In this document: positions 10,201 through 16,266 of the stretch, one piece after another
Numbering within the stretch: the first letter of the stretch is position 1
Layout: every line of letters begins with the position of its first letter
NCBI GenBank assembly: GCA_039208735.1
Contig: JBCCQY010000153.1
Location: 1 to 22,634 of the forward strand
Direction of reading: 5' to 3'
DNA from: Myxococcota bacterium
GTDB lineage: Bacteria > Myxococcota_A > UBA796 > GCA-2862545
DNA: 22,634 bases
Notes under the pieces: generated by a model
Seen by the model: the letters and a program-made list of their open reading frames with translations, nothing else
What the model was told of the DNA's origin: nothing
The model's database searches: none
Translations under genes and position numbers: made by a program

Positions 10201-11305
10201 CTTCTGAGGCGAACGTCGCTGTTCCTGTGTAGCTCGAGTCGTGGTACCCGTACTCGCGCAGAACCAGGTCATTGCCATCGAACAGTCCGGAATCGTCCAG
10301 GCCCTTCTGTACTACGCGCTGCAACACAGATTGCCGCGTCGGCCCCAATTCGGTGTACTCGAGCATGTAGTGATAGACGGCTCGGTCAACACCGTTCACA
10401 CGAGTTGAAACTCGGACGCCGCGGAGCCGGGAGTCGAGGGGCCTGCACTCCTGGTTCGAACAATCCATGCGTTCGTCGCTTCGTCCTTCGTAGGAGAAGT
10501 CAATCCGGAAGTCATTTGACCCTGAGATGTTGTAGCGAATCTGCGTAATCCTAGGCATATGCGAAGAGGCCTGATCGTAGTTGTACTCGATGGAGTTTCC
10601 GAACTCGTCGGCCTCCGTTTTGAGGTACCATCGAACGGATTCGCAAGGGACCTCTGTTCCTACGACCCCATTCGTGTCACATATTGAGCTGCTGTGGTTG
10701 CCATAGCGCTTGGTGATTCCGTCACGAGTTGCGGTCCACGCAAGGCCATTGTTTTCGTTGACGAAGATCCAGCCATCTTGATGGAGAGGCAGATAGTGAA
10801 TGACTCCGCCTGGCTGAACGGCGTTGTCTTGCTGGAGGCGTTTGCCATCAAGGCGATAGGTGTCACTTTGGTCCCATCCAGGCGACCCGCCGAGAGGGCC
10901 ATGACGGCCAATCATTGAAGAGGCCTGAAGACTCCAACCTGCACCAAGAGGCCCGTTCTTGATGCTGGGCTCATAGTGGAAGCTGACGGAGGGCGTCATG
11001 CCATCTGGACTTTCGAGCACTGGGAGGGTCAGTGATAGCGACAACGCGCGCGCAGCATCCCCCTCGGAGGGGCTAATCTGCTGTGCAACAAACTGGTCGG
11101 CGTCAACAGCATCTACTCCGGCCGCCCAAGCCTGTGTCGCAGAGAGCAGGACCACCAAAGCTATGGAAATGTTATATCGAGCCAACCATCTTGAGGTTGT
11201 GACAAGTGTTCGAGGCACGCTCCGGACCGGAGTCGTCCTAGCATACACCAATCTTCCCAGAAACAAAACTTTGCGCGAACGAATCCACTCACTCACCGAG
11301 CGCAC
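851..11305 (-). CDS. Giant RHS/YD polymorphic toxin (3,484 aa): SpvB-like, FG-GAP/VCBS, TcdB-midN-like, YD repeats, RHS core, PT-TG-like, Hint, Ntox24-like toxin
   Basis: Signal-like ISIALVVLLSATQAWA. SpvB-like LTLPV..PDGMTPSVSFHY..NGPLGAGWSL. Six DxxxDG repeats. GWLTSVKVPSGG...EFLGWG. Many YDxxGR repeats. RHS core RVYDQLLGRFTTPDPIG...YRYGFNNPVRFQDRNG. Hint CF...TPEHPF...VHN. Confidence 0.93.
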   Translation of the reverse strand: MRSVSEWIRSRKVLFLGRLVYARTTPVRSVPRTLVTTSRWLARYNISIALVVLLSATQAWAAGVDAVDADQFVAQQISPSEGDAARALSLSLTLPVLESPDGMTPSVSFHYEPSIKNGPLGAGWSLQASSMIGRHGPLGGSPGWDQSDTYRLDGKRLQQDNAVQPGGVIHYLPLHQDGWIFVNENNGLAWTATRDGITKRYGNHSSSICDTNGVVGTEVPCESVRWYLKTEADEFGNSIEYNYDQASSHMPRITQIRYNISGSNDFRIDFSYEGRSDERMDCSNQECRPLDSRLRGVRVSTRVNGVDRAVYHYMLEYTELGPTRQSVLQRVVQKGLDDSGLFDGNDLVLREYGYHDSSYTGTATFASEAPLQVLDETMTAPMDLSPPGVTSELFTSEHNDQASTSTLTQDIDGDALPDLIVFNEWGSPNSPDHRIFLNRPLADGTPRFVYSSAFSTALMNFMGPMKPRELHIADLNQDGYADLIGPLIIQLGTPEGFVEPALVTNFVIGNRQLADINGDGAPDLVDQETWYPNTGALLSGPDFFDTTQPWSLNDPVIDSGVFGNGTDCMAPGMGTEARIPKNELGQSAQSPPGYYPDPDGPAGPLLEITSSSWLWRYTSHADVNGDGLADRIVNVDWLQRDGTKFWDAAPACGRTEGIYLGRGNGAFESTPYNTGGDSTTTSLYNTAPWEYTIPTGQPGAGQQVTYDASYLVPLNHFGLTDIDGDGWMESLNRCRGTTIADPIIVLPHQGRNMGFWCPPAANLGEEVPLDWIGPLPVSGMVSGMVDLNGDGFADGFRGPNYVSDIGPDTGNTNTPWPVNTDLVWRRNQRTESQGWLTSVKVPSGGTMALTWGRSAAHAEDNGPVSLPVLLSVTRSDGHFNFEYAEGNYGFGEFLGWGRIATQRPSGAVEVQTFNTSLALKGRKQTDELYRQDGSLKRIKVYLHGSSGLVAGFPGDIASPYKVGIRRICTFESPDDAASVSANRLEFIATCLEWAGEHNGSGNTAAPEDEPGTTFDNHLQNGITAERLDIRNSTRDQVRSGRRLELIRTSLNSLDPAQTARLESFGHAVKRLRRRYDQVPPASILSTVEAQGRFEAHIDWLEKVARDELEQFDNAIEPPGGGGSSTFVPPDDSMDFGLGAVNVTPVPITDYRFYVTEADWQDVRRLDVVRYYRDVTTREDSRMIDYTYYPPGGGFDGYRLESVTESDVPVPGTVRNIERRVVYHNAGLYPYQGSKWTLSSEVPSEDTVLPDGTVSSLREFKRSYTARGQLETMEPPQGELLALEYGHCGVTRNTRGDSEVITSYDDHCRVVSTIDDAGLTKSYSYDGLRRVVREVDGAQTPTGVLSIDRGVRHFDNDGLPIDAPDEVLLWEHDTGVYALVKTFRDSWGRVTKEEICEWQPVCSDPMTCPWSNRLDTTFACATNSGVHSIRTASFDSEGRLDVRTDWHDPSNNAPPSWSYEYDDLDRRTKLVRPDGSEIQTTRGLTWTITREVNGSMSRQQRTSISTLAKEVESWNPDTNAWVFQRSERFDRYKRVKQLIDASGENTYLTYDGYGRLAKKEDASIRVTQCDGTEESTTLETHYFYNLNDQEGRVRAPDGTETLTTYDGQGRLESIRHEEYAPSGGLVRSEVSLTREYMAGPYPNRRVIETDGNNNELIHWQLAWGQPWKVTMPDGTELRHQYDDQGRPSRLERTYDGALAVRTIEYDLFDRAIRETRQFGSESQAVWTSTYDARGYLTETRDPDGVTHGFTYDALGRPLDETLGNNPSTKRRVSRRAYDDLGRLDWIEQAGDVTKYRYDHFDRITELLEGYDPVANNALVTTKAEYNAGHRLTAIEDGLGVREEFTLNNLGWPTATTVRAANGSVLTTTATGYDRGGRVTREVDEDGLVSCQRHDFMGRVSAVLPPGGPSWTNIIYERGVTSPITGLPLNSETVTVISPLGNFERRYTDGMGRVHLIESPNTLTVSHFDSFGRKSAEDERAASTPGQVLRIRTMDYQPGSPRLWRSSDWVAPSSLATCRQDPTTCPSEVLERDYTLGGRLAILTDGNQQRTHYTYAGDGLGLLTSVAMQDITTRQYTYDATFPVVTEMLEGGATPIRTAYTLERYHRMQSVVKSRPTVTTTLESDFITYDSLGRVTKADRSEDGVLKSSLRWSYGDLGDLEARAVDLPGKTLGATFAHFKNGRLKSVEYPSGNIANYTYEPGSNRLSQIRLTHATNASIDQLIYDVPQGYDADGRARNIELAPGLLSSVRIEHGYDAATHRLRHRELEIGPAGARQELTENYTFDALGYLTSIDRTIHAGAPPVKDAFYEYNERGFVTFECHANHFSDCGPSTVAPDADVFRYTYDSSGNRVSMTENHGSAQSMTSFGFGNSDRVSTVNRTGLGTIQVAWDEFGRQEISSAGLTLIYNLHHELTGVPGNNETSVYGADGVRVAKTENGQTTYYLPGGDGHVLETEHPGGAIEDNIFVGDDVVAQVGQNSEITSVVIGVEGNPILIAPNGSISWRPLNAWGLDRDGGSLQGPELGFHQMQTNIATGLSHAGVRVYDQLLGRFTTPDPIGFEGGSTDLYRYGFNNPVRFQDRNGQLARDEKGSYFVTCSTECFKVYVRGRSNDDPLWDVNDKAANQGFGLGGKRSKGEEGSGKTESKNDNDDGEEIEEEGGRVYVSAAFEGEDSEAPGQSDAGDEGEGEVGEQASEAAPAAPQNGTGQEGGPTEKQKRAPGTTLTRMRLAMASSPVDSNVQDAERGLLGPSLDPQSKGLSPNPGQPKASQIGRIASQVGLNVLDSGIDLVPIPFLSSFKEAANLIAGRNVITGEEYTTFDYTVGIISVGADVFTAGVAGGYVAVALKTSKKGIKSAGKALDAIESARSALKRSGCKCFVESVRVATPSGSVSIRDVRIGSRVIASKVEDAGAVEKEPWVEIESSAADAGGPPNHRGVCELIRAWAPRWALPGMVALAACDTAPKPPGENQVIEIYDGPSDHWEESVGAELEVGATWVDHGHLWRWTNLGIEDRGEVTVAELGNVDATWVANSAIREPKIQDWASPIRDIDPGGIVLANSPFGRARLPKSDSELNETRDGAAAASTNGVAELWVEVEDAPVEERGAWAPRGVCDRVTAWTPKWAMPAMVALAACGVEPEFPAADEVVQVYDARTGDWSEALGAELEVGDMWFDDGRLLRWTDDGVEDRGEATVEELTEADATWTAEAATRVPGTDDWVLVIGEADQAGHWKLGAVEAGERFAFQGRVFETADADGDGLIEVRSTGDVLGRVYETHVRQSDVVIDLVVTRPGGSETITGTPEHPFWVPEVGDYVAMADLEVGTVLRTVGGGEARVASMNRREGDFEVFNFEVEGSHNYYVRAPAGDGDGVLVHNGCGDKVLGKFDVAPGVGRGGDPSRRLPRTKHGDPVPDTNLPHTPLGVGRDGTPQARTWEVGSNGNLQPTRDIDFGDHGFPDDHTNPHQHKYTPANEKLAPKGGMHRGLPEPVEPLD
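1670..2044 (-). repeat. 125-aa module, copy 2 (inside Hint)
   Basis: WVEVED...RGVC...WAMPAMVALAAC...GAELEVG...EDRGE...DATW...DW aligns without gaps to copy 1; 63/125 identical by hand count. Confidence 0.92.
2192..2566 (-). repeat. 125-aa module, copy 1 (inside Hint)
   Basis: WVEIES...RGVC...WALPGMVALAAC...GAELEVG...EDRGE...DATW...DW. Confidence 0.92.
2780..2990 (-). other. Pre-toxin TG-like segment with hydrophobic helix
   Basis: IDLVPIPFLSSFKEAANLIAGRNVITGEEYTTFDYTVGIISVGADVFTAGVAGGYVAVAL resembles PT-TG (G.D.ITGE.L); boundaries approximate. Confidence 0.65.
8920..10080 (-). repeat. FG-GAP/VCBS Ca-binding repeats (beta-propeller) in the toxin
   Basis: DIDGDALPDL, DLNQDGYADL, DINGDGAPDL, DVNGDGLADR, DIDGDGWME, DLNGDGFADG. 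Confidence 0.85.
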
Positions 11306-11307
11306 AA

Positions 11308-11314
11308 CTCCTCC
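11308..11314 (-). promoter_or_regulatory. Shine-Dalgarno of the toxin gene
   Basis: GGAGGAG on the minus strand just upstream of GTG 11305 (alternative in-frame GTG at 11296). Confidence 0.6.
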
Positions 11315-11371
11315 AATTCTATTGTTTGTGTGTGGATGCGATGCTTACCACTTCGGCAAGTTTACTGCCAT

Positions 11372-11383
11372 TGTGAATTCACA
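11372..11383. promoter_or_regulatory. Perfect 12-bp palindrome, candidate operator upstream of the toxin
   Basis: TGTGAATTCACA in an AT-richer intergenic stretch, about 67 bp upstream of the toxin start. Confidence 0.35.
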
Positions 11384-11704
11384 TTGCGTACCTCAACAGG
11401 CCAAGTTCTGGTTGCCGTAAGCAATCTCGTTCGTTGAAACCTCATTGGGGCGCTCCTTCAGCTGTTGACTGCCCTAAGCAGCGGACTCCTCCGCTGAGCC
11501 TCAGCCAGGCGCCTTAGGCAAGAGTCATGCCGGCGAATTCTTCTGTTTTCCCCATTGAAGGTTTTGACATTCGTCGGATCAGGGCTCCAGGCCCAGGTCT
11601 AGGACGGCGTTCAGGGGTGACGACAGTCGTCAGCCGACGTTCGTCAGGCTGGAGACTCCTCGGCGTCGTGCTGTCAACCCCCAACCCCTCATCAAGGCGT
11701 GACA

Positions 11705-11742
11705 CTAACGTGCGGACTGGACCAGAAGTTTGGAGCTTGACA
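11705..11742 (+). mobile_element. Probable IS3-family right terminal inverted repeat (isolated end)
   Basis: CTAACGTGCGGACTGGACCAGAAGTTTGGAGCTTGACA resembles IS3-family right ends (CTAAC...TGGACCA...CA). It abuts exactly the point where the neighbouring orfB remnant breaks off. Confidence 0.55.
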
Positions 11743-12290
11743 GTAGGCCCAGTCGTGATTTGGGCGACTCGGGCGTTCTTGGGCGAGGCCGAGACCGCGT
11801 CAGCCGCTTGCGAGGGCGCCGACGTGGCATTTGAAGGCCGGCTTAGCACCGAAGCCGGTGCGCCCCGGCCTGGGCTCATGGCGTAGGGATCCGTCGGTAG
11901 CCAAACCTCGGATAGGCCTTCGCCAGTTCCCGCATTCGCTTCAACACCGGCTCGTCCTGCCTCGCCAGCACCGACACGTAGTGCACGACGCTCTCGCAAT
12001 GGCCAGCACCGCACGCCTCGCCGTTCCGAGAGGCCTCGCTCGCAAGCAAAGGCCACCGCTCGGCGCCGAGCAGGCACGCCCACCACTTTTCTTGGCCGTG
12101 ATCTCGTCGAGCACGTCGATCTCCAGCGAACGCTCCGCCAGGAGTCGCTTCAGCCGTGCATTCTCGCGCTCGAGCTTCAGCAACCGTCGCGTGTCGTCCG
12201 GTGTCATCGTGCCGAACCGCTTCCGCCACTCGTACGCAGCTTGCGCACTGCAATTGCATCTTCGCCATTCTGGCACCGAGCTGGCGTCCC
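11743..12290 (-). pseudogene. Degenerate IS3-family transposase (orfA plus 5' orfB) with several frameshifts, a stop and truncation before the DDE core
   Basis: orfA reads YEWRKRFGTMTPDDTRRLLKLERENARLKRLLAERSLEIDVLDE. orfB pieces in shifting frames read VGVPARRRAVAFACERGLSERR / DEPVLKRMRELAKAYPRFGYRRI / HRL.C*AGLQMPRRRPRKR..SRPRP / NHDWAY. Confidence 0.88.
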
Positions 12291-12364
12291 GGAGGGGGGG
12301 GGCTCTCGAAGAAGTCCTCTCCCCTCCAGGTCGTGCAACCTACGTCTTGGTCGCCAAATCGCTG

Positions 12365-12928
12365 CTAGGGATTCGTTCGGCCTCTAACTAGAAATCCTCG
12401 TTCATCACCGAACGGGCCCACTTCGGCCCTGGCTTCGCAGTTGGTCGAAAACGCCACATCCGTTTGGCAATTGAAGACCGCTTCGACTTCGACCGAGCTC
12501 TTCGCGGGAATCGCTACGGTAGCCAGGAAGTCCCTCGGCTCGTCGGCGGGGCGGGACCGGAAGCCCACGGGCGATCCGATGTCGTCGAGCGCATCACACC
12601 GCACGACCGAGATCGATCCATCTTCGTCGGTGTTGTTCACGAACTCGATCGTCCCGGCAGTCAGATTTGCGCAGTTCTGTTCGTTGAACACGAACTCGCA
12701 GCAGGTCGAGTTGTCAATCACGATCTCGATGGGCTCGACATCGACCTTGCCGGTGTCGCCCTGATTCCGGCACAGCACACCACCGCACGACTCGTCGTCG
12801 CAGTCGATCAGTCCGTCGCCGTCGTTGTCGATTTCATCGTCGCAGATTTCGGGGTCGGGCCGGTCCATCGGCTCAACGGTCACACAACCCACGAGTCCCC
12901 AAAGCAAAACAAGCATTCGTGTCCTCAC
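12365..12928 (-). CDS. Lipoprotein with a Cys/Asp-rich putative metal-binding (MopE-like) motif
   Basis: Lipobox MRTRMLVLLWGLVGC. Motif EICDDEIDNDGDGLIDCDDESC. GTGA overlap with the upstream stop. Confidence 0.8.
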   Translation of the reverse strand: MRTRMLVLLWGLVGCVTVEPMDRPDPEICDDEIDNDGDGLIDCDDESCGGVLCRNQGDTGKVDVEPIEIVIDNSTCCEFVFNEQNCANLTAGTIEFVNNTDEDGSISVVRCDALDDIGSPVGFRSRPADEPRDFLATVAIPAKSSVEVEAVFNCQTDVAFSTNCEARAEVGPFGDERGFLVRGRTNP

Positions 12929-13626
12929 GTCGGGAACACGGATACCCGATTGCTAGGCCTACCCGCAAGCAGACGCATGGACCACAACGTGATCTCGAAT
13001 CGTCGGTGACCCAGCTTCGCCCAACGTGTCGTGGGGTCTTGAGCGAGATCGACACGCTGCAATCGCTTGAGTTCGTCGTTCGCGAATCGGGCTTCGATCT
13101 CTGCGTGCGGCACCGCGAACGGCGGGCCGTCCATGATGCCAGGGTCGTAGTCGATCGACGTGAGCCACAGCGTCGCGCCCGGCGCAAGCCGACGCAACTG
13201 TTCGACGTAGTCTCCGCGCTGCTCGGGCAACACCGCCACGATCGCCGCTCGGTCCCAAACCCGCGTGAACGGCCCCACGTCTTCGGGCAACGCCAGGAAA
13301 TCTGCGCACCACACCTCGATGCGCTCCGCCGTGTGCACCTCGAATCCGTCGCGTTGCTCGACCCGGGGCTCGAGGTCGTGCTCCGCGAACAGATCATCGA
13401 TCGCCTGCCGCACGATCTCCACGCCGGTCACGGTGTGCCCTTGGTCAGCCAGCCACGGCACGTCCCAGCTCTTGCCGCACAAGGGAACCAACACCCGATG
13501 TGGCCCATCGTCGAGGAACCGCTCGCCATCGTTCAGCAGGACGGGGTGAACCTCGGAACGATGGAAGCCCAACCGACCGGCGGCCCAGCGCTCTCCCCAA
13601 AACGACTGGCTATCGAATTCGCTCAC
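12925..13626 (-). CDS. tpm: Thiopurine S-methyltransferase family SAM-dependent methyltransferase
   Basis: FWGERWAAGRLGFH, RVLVPLCGKSWDVPWLADQGHTVTGVEI, WDRAAIVA, GPPFAV. GTGA overlaps on both sides. Confidence 0.92.
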   Translation of the reverse strand: MSEFDSQSFWGERWAAGRLGFHRSEVHPVLLNDGERFLDDGPHRVLVPLCGKSWDVPWLADQGHTVTGVEIVRQAIDDLFAEHDLEPRVEQRDGFEVHTAERIEVWCADFLALPEDVGPFTRVWDRAAIVAVLPEQRGDYVEQLRRLAPGATLWLTSIDYDPGIMDGPPFAVPHAEIEARFANDELKRLQRVDLAQDPTTRWAKLGHRRFEITLWSMRLLAGRPSNRVSVFPT

Positions 13627-15560
13627 ACCTGTTCCGCGACGGCGTAGAAGTAGTAGAGAAGCATCGCACCACCCGCTGCGCCCAAAAAGACGCCCATGAC
13701 GACGGCCGCGATCAACGACACGGGGACCCCTCCCGAGGTGGGCCGCCCAGCGTCGGGAAACTCACCATGGTCGGACCCCAAGATGACGTCGTCGGCCGTG
13801 GTCAGGGGTACCACGGTCGGGGACGGAGCTCCGCTCTGAAACATCGGAGCCGGCGGAGCCGAGTCTTGCGTGCCCGGTGTGGAAGCCTCGTCGGCGATGA
13901 GCGATTCCAGCCCCGGTGGCACCGGGAACGCAGGCGGCGTGACCGGCGGGCTTTGCTCCGTCTCCTTGAGTCGACCGACCACGGTTTCAGACCGGACCCC
14001 GTCGCTTTCGGTGAACGAGGGCAACGATGGCGCCGGAATGTAGGGCTGAGGCCGCCCGGCGCCCGCCTGGGAAACCTCGGGAGCGTCGTAATGAGCCGGC
14101 GCAGGAGGGTCTTCGACCGGCGCTTCGGCATAGGTGGGCTCGGCGGCAAAGGGCTCGGCGGGTTCAGCGGGGTCGGTCTCGGCCAGCGGATCGACGTCGG
14201 GTCGGTTGGGCGCCGTCGACGGGCTCGGTTCGGGCGGGCTCGGCTCGTCTCGCACCACCAGCGTCGGCGTATCTTCGTCGACGGGCTCCTCGACAAGCTG
14301 TTCGGCCATCTGGGCCAACCGGTACCGTCGCGCCACCCCATCGTCCCACTGCTGACGAATCAACTGTGGAATCCGATTCGGGTTGACCACGATGGGCTGC
14401 AGTTCGCGGGGTGGGGCGAGAGAAGGGGTCTTTTCGAACAGCGCGAGCGTCTCGGCGTCGGACCACGGCATTGGCCCCTGATCGGAAAACGCAGCGACTT
14501 CGACGACCTCTGCATCCGGAACGTTCTGCCGCTCCCCCAACACCGGGGGCCGGGTCGGAGCCGGCGGAAGTGGCGTGGGCGCTTTGCGCGGACCCGATGA
14601 GCGAGGCGGAGGGACGGGCGGGGTCTCTGAGATCGACCACAACGAAGGCGTTTCCGTGGTCACGGTCCGACCGGCGAAGGAACCTTCAAGGGAGACGCGC
14701 GGAACGGCGGGCACCCGCGCCCTCGCAAACTCGGTGAGCGGAGGGGTATCGATGCTGTCAGAAATGAGATCGCATCGTGCTGCGACCTGCGCCATGGTCG
14801 GCCGCTCTCCCTTTCGCGCCGCGGTCATGGCCCGAAGCAGAGCCACCCCGCGCTCCGTGCCAATGCGGTCTCGCAGCGTCTCAAGGTGGTGGGTCGTGGC
14901 CGTTCGCAGCGCATTCGGATCGACCATGAGCCCGTGCAGAGCGTCAGCGTCTTGCCCCTCGAACATCGCGGTCTGGCCCATGGCCTGCACCAGCAACGCG
15001 GCCAGCGCGAACACCTCGGATTCGATGCCTTCTTCTTGGGCCAGCAGACGTTCGGGCGAAGGCGCCTGTCCAAGTCCCACGTTGCCCCGGCCGGCCCCGA
15101 TGCCCAGCAGCTTCACGACGCCGTACCGATCGACCCACACCACCGATGGCTCGAGCGCTTCATGGCGCAGGCGTAGCGGGTTGCCCGTGGCCCGATCGAT
15201 CCCCGCATGGATCGCTTCCAACGCACCGGCGACCTGTGCCCCAACTTCGAACGCGGCCCGGGAGGGCACGGGACGCTCTTGGATGAGGTGAGCCAGGCTT
15301 CGCCCCTCGACCTCGTCGGTCACCCAAACCGCGCAACCGTCGACGACGAACACATCGCGCACTCGAGGGACCGCGGGATGAGCTACCCGCGCCAGCCCTC
15401 GGCCCTGGGCAAGCAACCCCTCCAAATCGGGGGCCTCCGATCCCACTACCACCTGAAACGACACCCGATGGGTCGACCCCGAGGTGCGGGTCATCTGACC
15501 TGAATACACCTCGACGCTGGGCAATCGGTCGAGACACCGTTCGATGCTGTAGGTCGGCAT
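13623..15560 (-). CDS. Hanks-type kinase-fold pseudokinase with Pro/acidic linker and C-terminal TM anchor
   Basis: Kinase-fold landmarks LARVAHPAVPRVRDVF, EVEGRSL, VFALAALL and ERPTMAQV are present but the catalytic motifs are replaced. TM segment VPVSLIAAVVMGVFLGAAGGAMLLYYFY. Confidence 0.8.
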   Translation of the reverse strand: MPTYSIERCLDRLPSVEVYSGQMTRTSGSTHRVSFQVVVGSEAPDLEGLLAQGRGLARVAHPAVPRVRDVFVVDGCAVWVTDEVEGRSLAHLIQERPVPSRAAFEVGAQVAGALEAIHAGIDRATGNPLRLRHEALEPSVVWVDRYGVVKLLGIGAGRGNVGLGQAPSPERLLAQEEGIESEVFALAALLVQAMGQTAMFEGQDADALHGLMVDPNALRTATTHHLETLRDRIGTERGVALLRAMTAARKGERPTMAQVAARCDLISDSIDTPPLTEFARARVPAVPRVSLEGSFAGRTVTTETPSLWSISETPPVPPPRSSGPRKAPTPLPPAPTRPPVLGERQNVPDAEVVEVAAFSDQGPMPWSDAETLALFEKTPSLAPPRELQPIVVNPNRIPQLIRQQWDDGVARRYRLAQMAEQLVEEPVDEDTPTLVVRDEPSPPEPSPSTAPNRPDVDPLAETDPAEPAEPFAAEPTYAEAPVEDPPAPAHYDAPEVSQAGAGRPQPYIPAPSLPSFTESDGVRSETVVGRLKETEQSPPVTPPAFPVPPGLESLIADEASTPGTQDSAPPAPMFQSGAPSPTVVPLTTADDVILGSDHGEFPDAGRPTSGGVPVSLIAAVVMGVFLGAAGGAMLLYYFYAVAEQV

Positions 15561-15640
15561 GGCTCGCTATTAGCCGCCCCGGGCTCGGTTCGGCCAGGTC
15601 GGGATCGAGTCCAAAGCACTTGGGTCGCGACCCGCGTGGC

Positions 15641-16201
15641 TCACGGACCGCTCGGAACGCCCTCTTCTTCGTCCAGATCGTCGAGCTGGGGCTCACTGTC
15701 CCCCTGCATCAAATAGTAGGCAACAAACGCCAGTAGTCCAACGACCAAGAGCGCATCAGCCACATTCCAGATGGGGTAGACATAGGTGCCAAATTGCTCG
15801 ATCAGGGCGGAACGACCGGGCTCCCAGCCCCAGAACACCTTGATCATGTCGACCACCTCACCCTGGCGAACGCGGTCGAGGAAGTTCCCGATCATGCCGC
15901 CGAACACCATGCCGAGGAGCACCGACTCGACGCGGGCGGTCTCCGGGAGTCTTCGGGCGAAGTCGATCACGATCACCGCAAAGACGACCGTGAAAATCAT
16001 GAAGAGGCTCATCTGCCCCTCCATCATGCTGAACGCCGCCCCGGTGTTCCTCACATGGATGATCGACAGGAAGTTCTCGATGAGGACGATCTCGTCGCGC
16101 CCTCCCAGTTCCAGCGATGCGGTGACCCACGCCTTGGTCAGCTGATCGAGCGCAATGCCCACGATCGCGGTCACGGTGAAGAGCAGGGTCCGAGGCGACA
16201 T
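15641..16201 (-). CDS. lspA: Lipoprotein signal peptidase (signal peptidase II)
   Basis: DQLTK, NTGAAFS, GNFLDR, VVDMI and WNVAD motifs. Start moved to ATG 16201, which has GGAG 5 nt upstream. Confidence 0.95.
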   Translation of the reverse strand: MSPRTLLFTVTAIVGIALDQLTKAWVTASLELGGRDEIVLIENFLSIIHVRNTGAAFSMMEGQMSLFMIFTVVFAVIVIDFARRLPETARVESVLLGMVFGGMIGNFLDRVRQGEVVDMIKVFWGWEPGRSALIEQFGTYVYPIWNVADALLVVGLLAFVAYYLMQGDSEPQLDDLDEEEGVPSGP

Positions 16202-16266
16202 CGAGGCTCCGAGGAGGTTGGCCGGCCAAGGAACCCACCGGCTGTGCGCCTCCCCTAACCTTGCGC

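Noticed and set aside
8672..10207. 511-aa plus-strand ORF
   Set aside because: Antisense shadow of the FG-GAP region of the toxin.
11564..11677. TTGACA hexamers (11564 plus strand; 11677-11672 minus strand) as sigma70 promoters
   Set aside because: No -10-like hexamer about 17 bp downstream of either.
11514..12276. Three overlapping minus-strand ORFs (190, 130 and 111 aa) as real genes
   Set aside because: Each contains only fragments of one frameshifted IS3 transposase.
12294..12302. G9 homopolymer as a phase-variation tract
   Set aside because: It lies at the decayed IS3 orfA 5' end, not in an intact gene or evident promoter.
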